DNA of 64,000 nucleotides. Source: Spirochaetia bacterium. GTDB lineage: Bacteria > Spirochaetota > Spirochaetia > DSM-2461. Made by a program: the position numbers and the translations under genes. The stretch is from the NCBI GenBank assembly GCA_963666985.2, contig CAXXIA010000002.1, positions 2,944,001-3,008,000 on the forward strand. The letters run 5' to 3'. Below, in pieces: positions 10,930-19,810 of the stretch; within the stretch, counting starts at the first letter, position 1; every line of letters starts with the position of its first letter. The notes beneath the pieces were generated by a model. The model searched no databases and was not told the origin of the DNA. It was given only the letters and a program-made list of their open reading frames with translations.

Positions 10930-11218
10930 GGGAACCTCCGTACCGCTTTTCGTCCCGGCGAAAATGGGGCCGGCCGCGGTGATGCGGCTGCCGGAATCGT
11001 CCGTAATCGGCCACGGCTCCGGCGACAGCCCTAGGCTATCAGTCCTAAGGCAGGTGCACAATAAAAGAGAATACCATAGCTTCAGCGTTTCGATGAGTAC
11101 CTTTTGTTTTTTCCAAAGAACGCGCTTTGAGGCGGGAGACACTTCAAGACCGTTTCGGCGTAGCGGAAGATGCCGCGGGAGCCTGAGAAGCGCCGCCCTC
11201 CGGTCGGGCCGTACGGGA

Positions 11219-12421
11219 TTAATCGACGGCTTCGGCCGCCGGCTTAATTTCTTCCGCACCGACAGATTCGATCGGCGTGAAATCGAAGCGTTTGTAAATA
11301 TCGGAAAACAAACTCCGGACGATCTCTTCCGAAAAGCCGATCTCTTCGGGATCCAGGCGTTTGGGATTGGCGTACTCGTCGGTTTTTTTCGATTCCCGTT
11401 TCAGCCGCTCTTCAAAATCGTCGGTCATGGGAAGGTTGAAATGGGCATAGAGATTCCGGATGGTGCGTGCCGGCCGGGCGATGAGATTTCTGTATTCGAT
11501 GATAAGCCGATCCTCACTCGGCATTCCGTCGAGAACCTCCAAAGGATATTCGTACCAGTGGCGCGTCATCTGAAGCAGTTCGTTCCGAAACGGATAATCA
11601 TCCGTGGGCGATGCGAAATAGTGCCAGCAGAAAGAAAACCATGCCGACTGCGACACGAGGACTTTGGCCGGATCTCTGACTAAATAGACAATACGAGAAT
11701 CGGGGAAGGCCTCTTTCAAACTTTGCAGCTTGGGCGTGAAGGCCGGATTCTTCGACAGGTAGACCGGGGCGTTCGGATGGCAGTAGAGATGGCGGCGGAT
11801 ACAGGCGCGATAAAAAGCATACTTTCTTTTCTGGCGGCGAGGACTCATTTCCCTATCGGCGTACTGGTAGTCTTCGATACCGTCCGTATCGGGGAAAAAA
11901 AACCAGGTGAACAGAGAATCCCAGAGGAAAAGGAGGAGTCCTTCATCTTCCTCCTCTTTCCAAAGTCCCACTTGGTGCAGCTGGATATCGCCGAGACTGC
12001 CCGAATCGTAGTTTTTAAGTCGTTTAATAATCGGTGACCCGACGAGTGAATCCAGTTTCTTCCAAGCTTTAAGAATTTTCCTTTGAAGAATGGAAGGCGC
12101 GAGATAAATCTCCCAGGTTTTGAAGGTACTGAAGTTCTCCGAATCTCCGGCGAGAAGCCGGTGCAGGAACGTGGTGCCGCTGCGGAACAGGCCGGTTATA
12201 AAGAGCGGCTTGTTGATGACGGTTTTTCTCCATCGGGGGAAGAAGATGTTGTCCAAAAAAAAGCAAAGACGGGTAACGATTTGATGCGGGATGAACAGAA
12301 TCCAGAATATGAGGAGGACTTTGATCCGATGACACGTCAGGCGGCGGTGCGTCCCTCTCGTGCCGAAGACGGACCTGACGGCCTGTCTTCCCAGGTGCCT
12401 TATGTTGAAAGGCATCGCCAT
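11219..12421 (-). CDS. PAPS-dependent sulfotransferase (Sulfotransfer_3 family)
   Basis: 5'-PSB loop PLFITGLFRSGTTFLH, LSKNP, FPDSRIVYLVRDP (3'-PB), EY..LI.RP. Confidence 0.85.
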   Translation of the reverse strand: MAMPFNIRHLGRQAVRSVFGTRGTHRRLTCHRIKVLLIFWILFIPHQIVTRLCFFLDNIFFPRWRKTVINKPLFITGLFRSGTTFLHRLLAGDSENFSTFKTWEIYLAPSILQRKILKAWKKLDSLVGSPIIKRLKNYDSGSLGDIQLHQVGLWKEEEDEGLLLFLWDSLFTWFFFPDTDGIEDYQYADREMSPRRQKRKYAFYRACIRRHLYCHPNAPVYLSKNPAFTPKLQSLKEAFPDSRIVYLVRDPAKVLVSQSAWFSFCWHYFASPTDDYPFRNELLQMTRHWYEYPLEVLDGMPSEDRLIIEYRNLIARPARTIRNLYAHFNLPMTDDFEERLKRESKKTDEYANPKRLDPEEIGFSEEIVRSLFSDIYKRFDFTPIESVGAEEIKPAAEAVD

Positions 12422-12423
12422 CG

Positions 12424-13464
12424 TTAGCGGCGTGTTTTACGGTTTTGGGAACCGCCCTTGCCTGACTTCGCCGGTGTTTTTTTCGAAGATTGTCCCCCGT
12501 GCGCTCCGGATGCGGACGTTTTGGCCGCCGAGGACTTTCCGCTCGGCCGTTCATCCGGGTTTCCGTAAACGGCGTTGGGTACGTTTTTCCGAAAACTCAT
12601 CAAAAGGCCGAGGGCGCCCGCCAGCACCATGGGAACGCTGAAAAGCATGCTGAGCGTAAACCAGTTCCCCGCGATAATGGCCGAATGACTGGTGGGGAAG
12701 CGGTAGAATTCCATCCAGAACCGCATCAGACCGTAGCATAAGAGGAAAAGACTTAAAATCGATCCGCGCGGCTTCGGCTTCCCGACGTTCCGGAACGCCA
12801 GAAGAATGAAAAAGAGAATGATGCCTTCAAGAATCAATTCATAGAGCTGTACCGGATGCCGCGGCAGGTTCACCAATCCCGAAGGCGGAGTTTTCATACC
12901 GATTTCAGCCATCCGTTCGGACACCCAGGGAACGGACGGATCGAATCGGTTTGCGTTCGGAACCGTTGAAAACACCATGGCCCAGGGCGCTCGGCTCGGT
13001 TTTCCCCAGAACTCTCCGTTGATGAAATTCCCGAACCGTCCGAAGGCCAGGCCGATGGGGGCCGGAATGATGATGAGATCGGCCACGTCCAGGTAATTAA
13101 GATCCGTCTTTCGGATGGCCAGCCACGGCAGAAACATGGCGGCGATGAGCCCGCCGAAGAAATACATCCCGCCGTCCCAGACATGCAGGATTTGAAGAGG
13201 GTTGCTTAAGTAGTAGGAGGGATGGACGAACAGACAGAATCCGAGACGTCCGCCTGCCAGAACTCCCAGGAAAATGAGAGCGATGATGTTCGAAAATTCA
13301 TCCGAACTCATAACGATTTGTTTGCGTTTGATGTGCCGCTGGACGAAAAAATAAGCGAAAAGGAATCCGCAGAGATACATCATCCCATACCAGCTGACGG
13401 CCAGCGGGCCGGGAAGCTCGAGAAGAATAGGATTGAATTGAGGGGCCGTCAGGTAGGACTTCAT
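12424..13464 (-). CDS. lgt: Prolipoprotein diacylglyceryl transferase
   Basis: WYGMMY, GGRLG, GRFGNFINGEFWG, RHPVQLYE, RFWMEFYR. Confidence 0.96.
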   Translation of the reverse strand: MKSYLTAPQFNPILLELPGPLAVSWYGMMYLCGFLFAYFFVQRHIKRKQIVMSSDEFSNIIALIFLGVLAGGRLGFCLFVHPSYYLSNPLQILHVWDGGMYFFGGLIAAMFLPWLAIRKTDLNYLDVADLIIIPAPIGLAFGRFGNFINGEFWGKPSRAPWAMVFSTVPNANRFDPSVPWVSERMAEIGMKTPPSGLVNLPRHPVQLYELILEGIILFFILLAFRNVGKPKPRGSILSLFLLCYGLMRFWMEFYRFPTSHSAIIAGNWFTLSMLFSVPMVLAGALGLLMSFRKNVPNAVYGNPDERPSGKSSAAKTSASGAHGGQSSKKTPAKSGKGGSQNRKTRR

Positions 13465-13952
13465 TGATGTTCCTCAGTGTAGCGGTCCAACTCCGGGGTG
13501 GCAACGGGCCGGAGGGATTATCGCGCCTTTGCGCGGCTCTTTCTTATGAGCCTCAGGCATAAAACCAAGAATCCCTTGACTGACGAATCGATAATAATCC
13601 CAAAGAACGAACAGTTCCGGAGCCGTCATAAGGCTGGAGGCGATAAAAAGAGATGCGTTATTTCGGTGTTCGGGATTTCGATTTTTTACAAGCCGGGAAT
13701 AAAAGAACCTTCCTCATGCAGAAAGGCGAGAAAAATATTTCTAAACGTCATAATCGTCTGAAAAAAATACTGTACATATCCCGGCATATCTTCATCTTAT
13801 CAACTCGGCTGAGATCGAAAGATTTTCCTGTTTCTCATAAAAAAGCGATATTAGACGGGAATGATGAAAAACGCGTCATTATAATTGGAGAATTGGAGAA
13901 TCATAGAAGCCGGGCCGAAGAGGAACTCTTGATTCCCGCGGACGATTTATTC

Positions 13953-14003
13953 TTTCGAATCGGCATCGGCCGGGGAAGCCTCCGCTCCGATGCCGATTCG
14001 AAA
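13953..14003. repeat. Perfect 17-bp inverted repeat immediately upstream of the MATE gene RBS
   Basis: TTTCGAATCGGCATCGG (13953-13969) is the exact reverse complement of CCGATGCCGATTCGAAA (13987-14003). Confidence 0.85.
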
Positions 14004-14020
14004 CCTTAAAGGGAAAATTA

Positions 14021-15382
14021 TTGAGCAATACGGAACAAAGAACGGAACGTCTCGATCTGGGAATAGCCCCTATCGGGCGGATGCTGCTGAAATTATCGCT
14101 GCCGGCAACCTTCGCCATGGTTGTGAATGGTCTGTACAATTTGGTGGATACGTTTTTCATCGGAAGAAGGGTCGGTACGAACGGCATCGGAGGATTGGCG
14201 CTGGCTTTTCCCGTACAGATGATCGTTATGGCCGTCGGTCTCGCCGTCGGGCAAGGAACCGCATCGGTCGTCTCCAGGAATCTCGGCGCGAATAATGAAG
14301 AAAAAGCACGCCGCGCCGCGGGCGTCGCCGTCGCCATGTCCCTCACTTTCGGATTGGTTATTTTCATCGCGGGAAAGATTTTTCTGGAACCGCTGCTGAA
14401 CATTCTGGGAGCCACGGAAGCTCTGCACGAATATGCACGCAGCTACTTGAACGTGATTCTCTTCGGGTTTCCCGTAATGACGATAACGATGACCTTTAAC
14501 AATCTTTTGCGTTCCGAAGGCATGGCCAAACAGTCCATGACCGTCATGCTTATCGGCGCATTAACCAACATCGTCTTAGATCCTCTGTTTATCTTTGTTT
14601 TCAATATGGGCGTGGCCGGCGCCGCGTGGGCGACCGTTATCGGACAGGCCTTTTCGCTGCTCTATGCCGCCTATTTTTACCTAATGAAGAAAACCCATGT
14701 CACGATAGGGCTTAAAGATTTAATTCCGGAAGTCTCGGTGATGAAGGAAATCTTCGGATTGGGCCTTCCGTCCTTTGTGCGGCAGGCGGGGCAGAGCATC
14801 GTCGCCATGATGATCAACAATCTCTTGGGACGCTACGGCGGCGATCTTTACATTTCGGCGTACGGAATCGTGTATCGAATCGTGATGTTCTGCTTCATGC
14901 CCATGTTCGGTTTGGTTCAGGGATTCCAGCCGCTTGCGGGCTATAACTACGGAGCAAAATTGTACGGCCGCGTCAGGCGAACGTTAAAAGTAACCATATC
15001 CGCGGCGAGCGTGTATTCGGCCGCCGGCTTTCTGATGATGTTTTTGTTCCCGGGACTTCTGGCCCGGATTTTCACAACGGACGGCGCACTCATCGATACC
15101 TCCGAATATGTTATGAGGCATATCGTCCTTATGTTTGCCCTCTTGGGAATGCAGGTTGTCGGCGGACAGTACTTTCAATCGACCGGGAAGCCCTTTCCGA
15201 GTTTGATCCTGAATCTTTCCAGGCAGTTTATCTTTTTGATTCCTCTGCTTCTGTTCATGCCCGGACTTTTCGGAATCAAGGGGATTCTGCTTTGCTTTCC
15301 GATCGCCGACGTTCTTTCCGTCGCGCTGACGATGACATGGCTTCTGGCTGATTTGAGGCGTCTGCCGAAAAAAGACGGCTAA
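14021..15382 (+). CDS. MATE family efflux transporter (MepA-like)
   Basis: LYNLVDTFFIG, NIVLDPLFIF, MGVAGAAWATVIGQ, QPLAGYNYGA; about 12 TM. Confidence 0.95.
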   Translation: MSNTEQRTERLDLGIAPIGRMLLKLSLPATFAMVVNGLYNLVDTFFIGRRVGTNGIGGLALAFPVQMIVMAVGLAVGQGTASVVSRNLGANNEEKARRAAGVAVAMSLTFGLVIFIAGKIFLEPLLNILGATEALHEYARSYLNVILFGFPVMTITMTFNNLLRSEGMAKQSMTVMLIGALTNIVLDPLFIFVFNMGVAGAAWATVIGQAFSLLYAAYFYLMKKTHVTIGLKDLIPEVSVMKEIFGLGLPSFVRQAGQSIVAMMINNLLGRYGGDLYISAYGIVYRIVMFCFMPMFGLVQGFQPLAGYNYGAKLYGRVRRTLKVTISAASVYSAAGFLMMFLFPGLLARIFTTDGALIDTSEYVMRHIVLMFALLGMQVVGGQYFQSTGKPFPSLILNLSRQFIFLIPLLLFMPGLFGIKGILLCFPIADVLSVALTMTWLLADLRRLPKKDG

Positions 15383-15584
15383 ACGGCCGATTAAGGCCCC
15401 AATCCGATTTTAGAAGGGCAGCGAATCCGGCTCTCCGCTCAAACGGCCTTATCCGTCCCGCTTTTCCGGCTCCGCTCGTCCGCTCCGCCGGTGCTGGTCG
15501 GAAGCCAACGGCTTCCTGCTCGCACATGCAGCCGGACCGGACGGGCCCGTAACCGCTGCGATCCGGGCTGCATCATAATGTCCC

Positions 15585-16817
15585 CTAAATAACGAAGCGG
15601 CCCTCCCTCATTATCGGAATCTCTCCGCCGCCGGCGCTTCGGCCCGTGACTTTCGTTGCGGGCGATCCGATCATGAAGTCCAAGTGGACCAGCGAAGCAT
15701 TGCAGCCGGCGGCGAGTTTCGCCGCATCGTCGGTGAGTTTTTTCCCGTCCTCCAGGCATCCCGTGTATCCCGCTCCCAAGGCGATATGACACGAGGCGTT
15801 TTCATCGAAGAGGATGGAGGCGAAGTTCAGGCCGCTGGAGGCGATGGGCGAGTCGCCGCCCACCAATGCCACCTCCCCGAGGCGGCGGGAGCCCTCGTCG
15901 GTTCCGGCGAATCCTTCCAGCGCGGCTTCTCCGGCATCGGCGCTCCAGCCCGTGAGCAGGCCGCCCTCAAAGGTCAGGCGGGCCCCTTCCACGAGAGTGC
16001 CGCGAATCTCCACCGGACGGGTTACCCGGACCGTGCCTTCCGCGGCGAGGCGGTCGGGAGTGGTGAACACCTCTTCGGTGGGGATGTTCGGCATGGTCCG
16101 AATTCCGTCGGCGGTTTCCGGACCGCCTTTCCAGCGCGACCGATTTAAAAGCCCCACCGTCAAATCGGTCCCGTCATCCTCAAAATGCAGACTTGAGAGG
16201 CTCAGACCGTTGAGCCGTTCGGAGCGTTCCAGGAGTACCTGCGCTTTTTGAATCCAGGCGGCCGACGGATCGGGTTGATCCAGAAGCAGGATGGGCTTGA
16301 GAATGCGCCAAAGATCGTTTGTTTCGGCCTGCGGTCCGAGAATCTGTTTCGCCCACCGCGGTCCGGGTACGGCGGCGACGCACCAGGGAATGGAATGAGC
16401 CGTAACGGCATCGCGGAAGCGTCTGATGTTCGACCGGTGGTTTTTTTCAAGGATCATCAAAGCCTTCTGGTCCGCATCGGCCAAAAGACCGATATCCTCA
16501 TGTGATTCCAGCGCCAAATAGGCCCATTTTTCATCAACGACTGTTTGTTCCCAGGCGGCCGTCCAGCCGGGAAAGGCGGCCAGGGCCTCTTCGTTTCCGG
16601 CCTGTGCGGCGATTCTTGCTTTCGTCAGATACGGATCGACGGGCTGCATTTCAACGATTCGGGCCCCGCGGGCATAAGCGGTCTCGGCGCATTTCCGCGC
16701 CAGCAGGGTTCCTTCGGCGTGGTACCTGATAATCAAGCTGCGTCCTTTCTCGAATCCGAGACCGGCGTTAAGAAGAAGGTCCGCGTAGGGACCGTAGTCA
16801 ATTTCGGGTATATTCAT
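15585..16817 (-). CDS. Aminopeptidase, M29 family (AmpS/AmpT)
   Basis: PNIPTEEVFTTP, RLGEVALV, LFDENASCHIALG, HLDFMIG. Confidence 0.94.
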   Translation of the reverse strand: MNIPEIDYGPYADLLLNAGLGFEKGRSLIIRYHAEGTLLARKCAETAYARGARIVEMQPVDPYLTKARIAAQAGNEEALAAFPGWTAAWEQTVVDEKWAYLALESHEDIGLLADADQKALMILEKNHRSNIRRFRDAVTAHSIPWCVAAVPGPRWAKQILGPQAETNDLWRILKPILLLDQPDPSAAWIQKAQVLLERSERLNGLSLSSLHFEDDGTDLTVGLLNRSRWKGGPETADGIRTMPNIPTEEVFTTPDRLAAEGTVRVTRPVEIRGTLVEGARLTFEGGLLTGWSADAGEAALEGFAGTDEGSRRLGEVALVGGDSPIASSGLNFASILFDENASCHIALGAGYTGCLEDGKKLTDDAAKLAAGCNASLVHLDFMIGSPATKVTGRSAGGGEIPIMREGRFVI

Positions 16818-17006
16818 CGTAAGGAAACTATAGCGTGTTTAACCTCGTGTGTAACGGAAGAGAAGGCGTTACCATGTAGGGATAAAGGATAAAAAATGCG
16901 GTTCTGCGAAACAGATAAAGAAGAAAGGGGCCGATTTTCGGCTTTTAAGAAATCCGGTGATTCTTATTTTTCGGCGCTGATTCGGAATTTCGGCCAAGCG
17001 GCGTTT

Positions 17007-18458
17007 ATGCTCGTCATGGTGTTTCTCCTCGTTCTCCCTCTGGAGGCCGGAGCGCCCCGTTACCCCAGACTGGTTCCGGGAGAAGAGGCCCAGGGCATTA
17101 TTCGGCCGTCGGCGGACGGCGGCCGCTATCGGACCTTTATTCTCGATGTGCCTCCCGATGCTTCGGCCATTCGAATCCGAATTACCGAAGCGGCCGCCGA
17201 TTTGGATCTTTTTCTGCGCTGCGGTGAAGAAATGGAGGACTATTCGGAGGCCGATTTCTTTTCCGAAGAGGAAGAATGGCTGGAGGAGCTTCTTGTCTAC
17301 AAGGTCTATGAAACTCAATTCTCTTCCGGGCGCTACTACCTTGATGTGGCTTATCAATGGGATGAAGTTCCCCGCCGCAACGGAGAGATTCAGGAAGAAG
17401 TTCCTTTTTCCCTTATTTATGATGTTATTGACGCACCTTCCTTCGCGAAGGAATTAAAACCCGATATCGATGCGGATATGACGTTGAATTCGCGCAATCT
17501 CTATCTGGCCCATTTCTTCATCGATGTTCCCAAGCGAATCCCGGCGCTGCGTTTCGATGTGCTGGACACACCGGGTGATATCGATCTTTTTCTTTCCCGG
17601 GATAATCCGGCTCCCGAGCGGGACGGATACCTGCTGATCGGTGAAACATGCCTTGGACGGGAATCCATTGTGTATAACGGTGAGGGACGTCCCATCGAGC
17701 CGGGCCGATACTGGCTGACGGTTATCGAAGCTTCGGAGAAGGATTATCCGGTACCGGTTCGAATCACGGCGGGCTTCGGAACCGAAGCTCCGCTATCCGT
17801 GCCGAGTCCTCCCAACCTCCCCATTCCTCCTTTGGGACCCGAGACGGCACGTTTGGCGACGGTGCAGCTGGTTAATGAAACAGGCATCGGTTCCGGCTGT
17901 CTCGTGAGCGGCGACGGCCTGATTATCACCAATCATCATGTTGTCGCGGACGATGAGGGTTCCATGGATTCCGAGCTTTACGTCGCGATTTCGCTGGATC
18001 CTTTCGAGGCGCCGGTGGAACTGTTCGTCGCCCAAATCGTTGAAAGTCTGCCGGAGGACGATCTGGCTCTGCTGCGGATTACCGGGGACCGCTGGGGGCG
18101 GCCTCTCCCCGAGGGGTACCGATTCCCCGCGTGGCGCATCGGAACACCCGAAACCCTGGCTCCCGGTGATGCCCTCTTGCTCATGGGATATCCCTGGATG
18201 GGGTCCGGTTTATCCCGATCGTATTTCACGCTAACGCGCGGCATCCTTTCCGGCGGGGAACGGACTCCGCGGGGAATCGTGTACAAAACGGACGCGGTTA
18301 TCGCCGGAGGCAGTTCGGGCGGAGCCGTAACCGACGGGAATTGGCGTTTGCTGGGCTTTCCCACCTTTGTCGTCAGTCAGGATTCGGCTCAGCTCAGTTA
18401 TTTTGTTCCCGTGGACCGCATCCCCCGGGGGTGGCGTGTTCTCTTCAGATATGAATAA
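17007..18458 (+). CDS. Exported trypsin-like serine protease with two N-terminal PPC-like domains
   Basis: Signal-like N-terminus; repeated D(L/I)DLFL and GRY(Y/W)L motifs; catalytic TNHHV, DDLALL, GSSGG. The ORF is open from 16896. Confidence 0.8.
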   Translation: MLVMVFLLVLPLEAGAPRYPRLVPGEEAQGIIRPSADGGRYRTFILDVPPDASAIRIRITEAAADLDLFLRCGEEMEDYSEADFFSEEEEWLEELLVYKVYETQFSSGRYYLDVAYQWDEVPRRNGEIQEEVPFSLIYDVIDAPSFAKELKPDIDADMTLNSRNLYLAHFFIDVPKRIPALRFDVLDTPGDIDLFLSRDNPAPERDGYLLIGETCLGRESIVYNGEGRPIEPGRYWLTVIEASEKDYPVPVRITAGFGTEAPLSVPSPPNLPIPPLGPETARLATVQLVNETGIGSGCLVSGDGLIITNHHVVADDEGSMDSELYVAISLDPFEAPVELFVAQIVESLPEDDLALLRITGDRWGRPLPEGYRFPAWRIGTPETLAPGDALLLMGYPWMGSGLSRSYFTLTRGILSGGERTPRGIVYKTDAVIAGGSSGGAVTDGNWRLLGFPTFVVSQDSAQLSYFVPVDRIPRGWRVLFRYE

Positions 18459-18479
18459 TAGGCTTTCGCGGAGAAACTC

Positions 18480-18929
18480 ATGAGATTCAGAATCTTTCCA
18501 ATTCAATTTCTGCCCGCCCTTTTTCTTTTGTGGTCCTGTGCCACCGTACCCACGGGACAAACGACGGCACTGCACCAGGCGGCCGAAACCGGTGATTTGG
18601 GAGTTCTTGAGTCGCTCATCACCAAAGAATCGGATGTGGATGCCCGGGATGAGAGGGGCCGTTCGGCGCTGCATCGAGCCGCTATTGCGGGAGATTTGAT
18701 GGCCGCCGCGGCGCTTCTGGACGCCGGCGCCGATCAGAATTGTATCGACCGGGATGGAAGAACTCCCCTGCATTACACCGTATTTTCAAGGCAGCCGGAT
18801 CTGGTGGCCATGCTTCTCGGCGCGGATGCCGATCCTTCCATCCTCGACAAGGAAGGCAAAACTCCCCTGGATTTGGCGGAGGATGCCGGATACGAGGAAA
18901 TCATTCAGACGATTCTCTCTTCGATGTAG
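18480..18929 (+). CDS. Ankyrin-repeat lipoprotein
   Basis: Lipobox-like LLWSC; repeats TALHQAA, GRSALHRAA, GRTPLHY, GKTPLDLA. Confidence 0.9.
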   Translation: MRFRIFPIQFLPALFLLWSCATVPTGQTTALHQAAETGDLGVLESLITKESDVDARDERGRSALHRAAIAGDLMAAAALLDAGADQNCIDRDGRTPLHYTVFSRQPDLVAMLLGADADPSILDKEGKTPLDLAEDAGYEEIIQTILSSM

Positions 18930-18957
18930 AGGGCTCTCGGGGACTGTGAGCCTAACC

Positions 18958-19584
18958 TCAGAGGCGTCTTTTCCTGCCGGATTTCTCCGTCTTGGATTCT
19001 TTTTGTTTCACTTCCACGCCGCCCATTAGAGCGAATCCCCGAACCTCGAGCGTCGGAGCGTTCGGTGTTCCCGAACCGGCTTTGTTTTCGAAACCGCCCA
19101 TGAGCGGAATGCCCGAAACATCGGCGTTGATTCCCGGCGGAATAATCACTTCAAGGCCGCCCATGATGCAGCCGGTGTTGATTCGAATGCCTTCACGCGG
19201 AAAATCCGCTTCCCGGAAATCCAGCTTGATGCCGCCCATCAGGGAAAAACAGGTTATCTGCCGCGCCGGCTGCCATCGTCCGGTTTTTTCCGAACCTCCC
19301 AGAACGGCGAAAAAGGATTCGCTCTCCCGGGGGATGCGGTCATTCTCGTTCCAGGTTCTTTCACTCTTTGCACCGGCGCCCGCCGACTTCCCCGCGGGAG
19401 CCGGGATATCCGCCACAAGGGCGATCAGCGTCTCTTTGTTCTCGGCTCCCGTGGCGTCTTTCAGCCGTCTTTCCAGCGTATCGACGCCGATGCGGCCGTC
19501 GGCATAGGCCTGTTTGAGCAGAGAAATCGTTTCGGCTTTAAGTTCCTCGACGCTCATCCTCTGAAAGGAATCAATAAATCCCAT
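18958..19584 (-). CDS. DUF1707 (SHOCT-like) plus LiaF-like beta-strand domain protein
   Basis: LKQAYADGRI...LERRL; MGGIKLDFREA, MGGLEVIIPPG, GFALMGGVEV; GGAGG precedes ATG 19584. Confidence 0.8.
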   Translation of the reverse strand: MGFIDSFQRMSVEELKAETISLLKQAYADGRIGVDTLERRLKDATGAENKETLIALVADIPAPAGKSAGAGAKSERTWNENDRIPRESESFFAVLGGSEKTGRWQPARQITCFSLMGGIKLDFREADFPREGIRINTGCIMGGLEVIIPPGINADVSGIPLMGGFENKAGSGTPNAPTLEVRGFALMGGVEVKQKESKTEKSGRKRRL

Positions 19585-19810
19585 ATGTTTTCCTCCATCT
19601 TTCCTCGTGTGCATTGTACCCCGATGAAGTACAAGATGGAAACGCCGTTTATGATCGGATCGGCCGCCGCGATCGGATTTTGACGAGTATGCGATAGTTT
19701 ATTTTAACGGGGATCGGTCCGGCTGAACTTCGCCGGGGACTCATTCTAATAACGTTCGGCGGTCCGGAAACCGGCCGAACATCAGGAGATACTCAATTAC
19801 TCATCAGCCG

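Noticed and set aside
10930..11259. 110-aa N-terminal extension of the nucleoside ABC ATPase
   Set aside because: A good SD and TTG sit at 10929; the extension has no protein-like features and overlaps the promoter/leader.
13498..14009. Short ORFs in the lgt-MATE intergenic region
   Set aside because: No RBS or motif support; this is AT-rich divergent promoter DNA.
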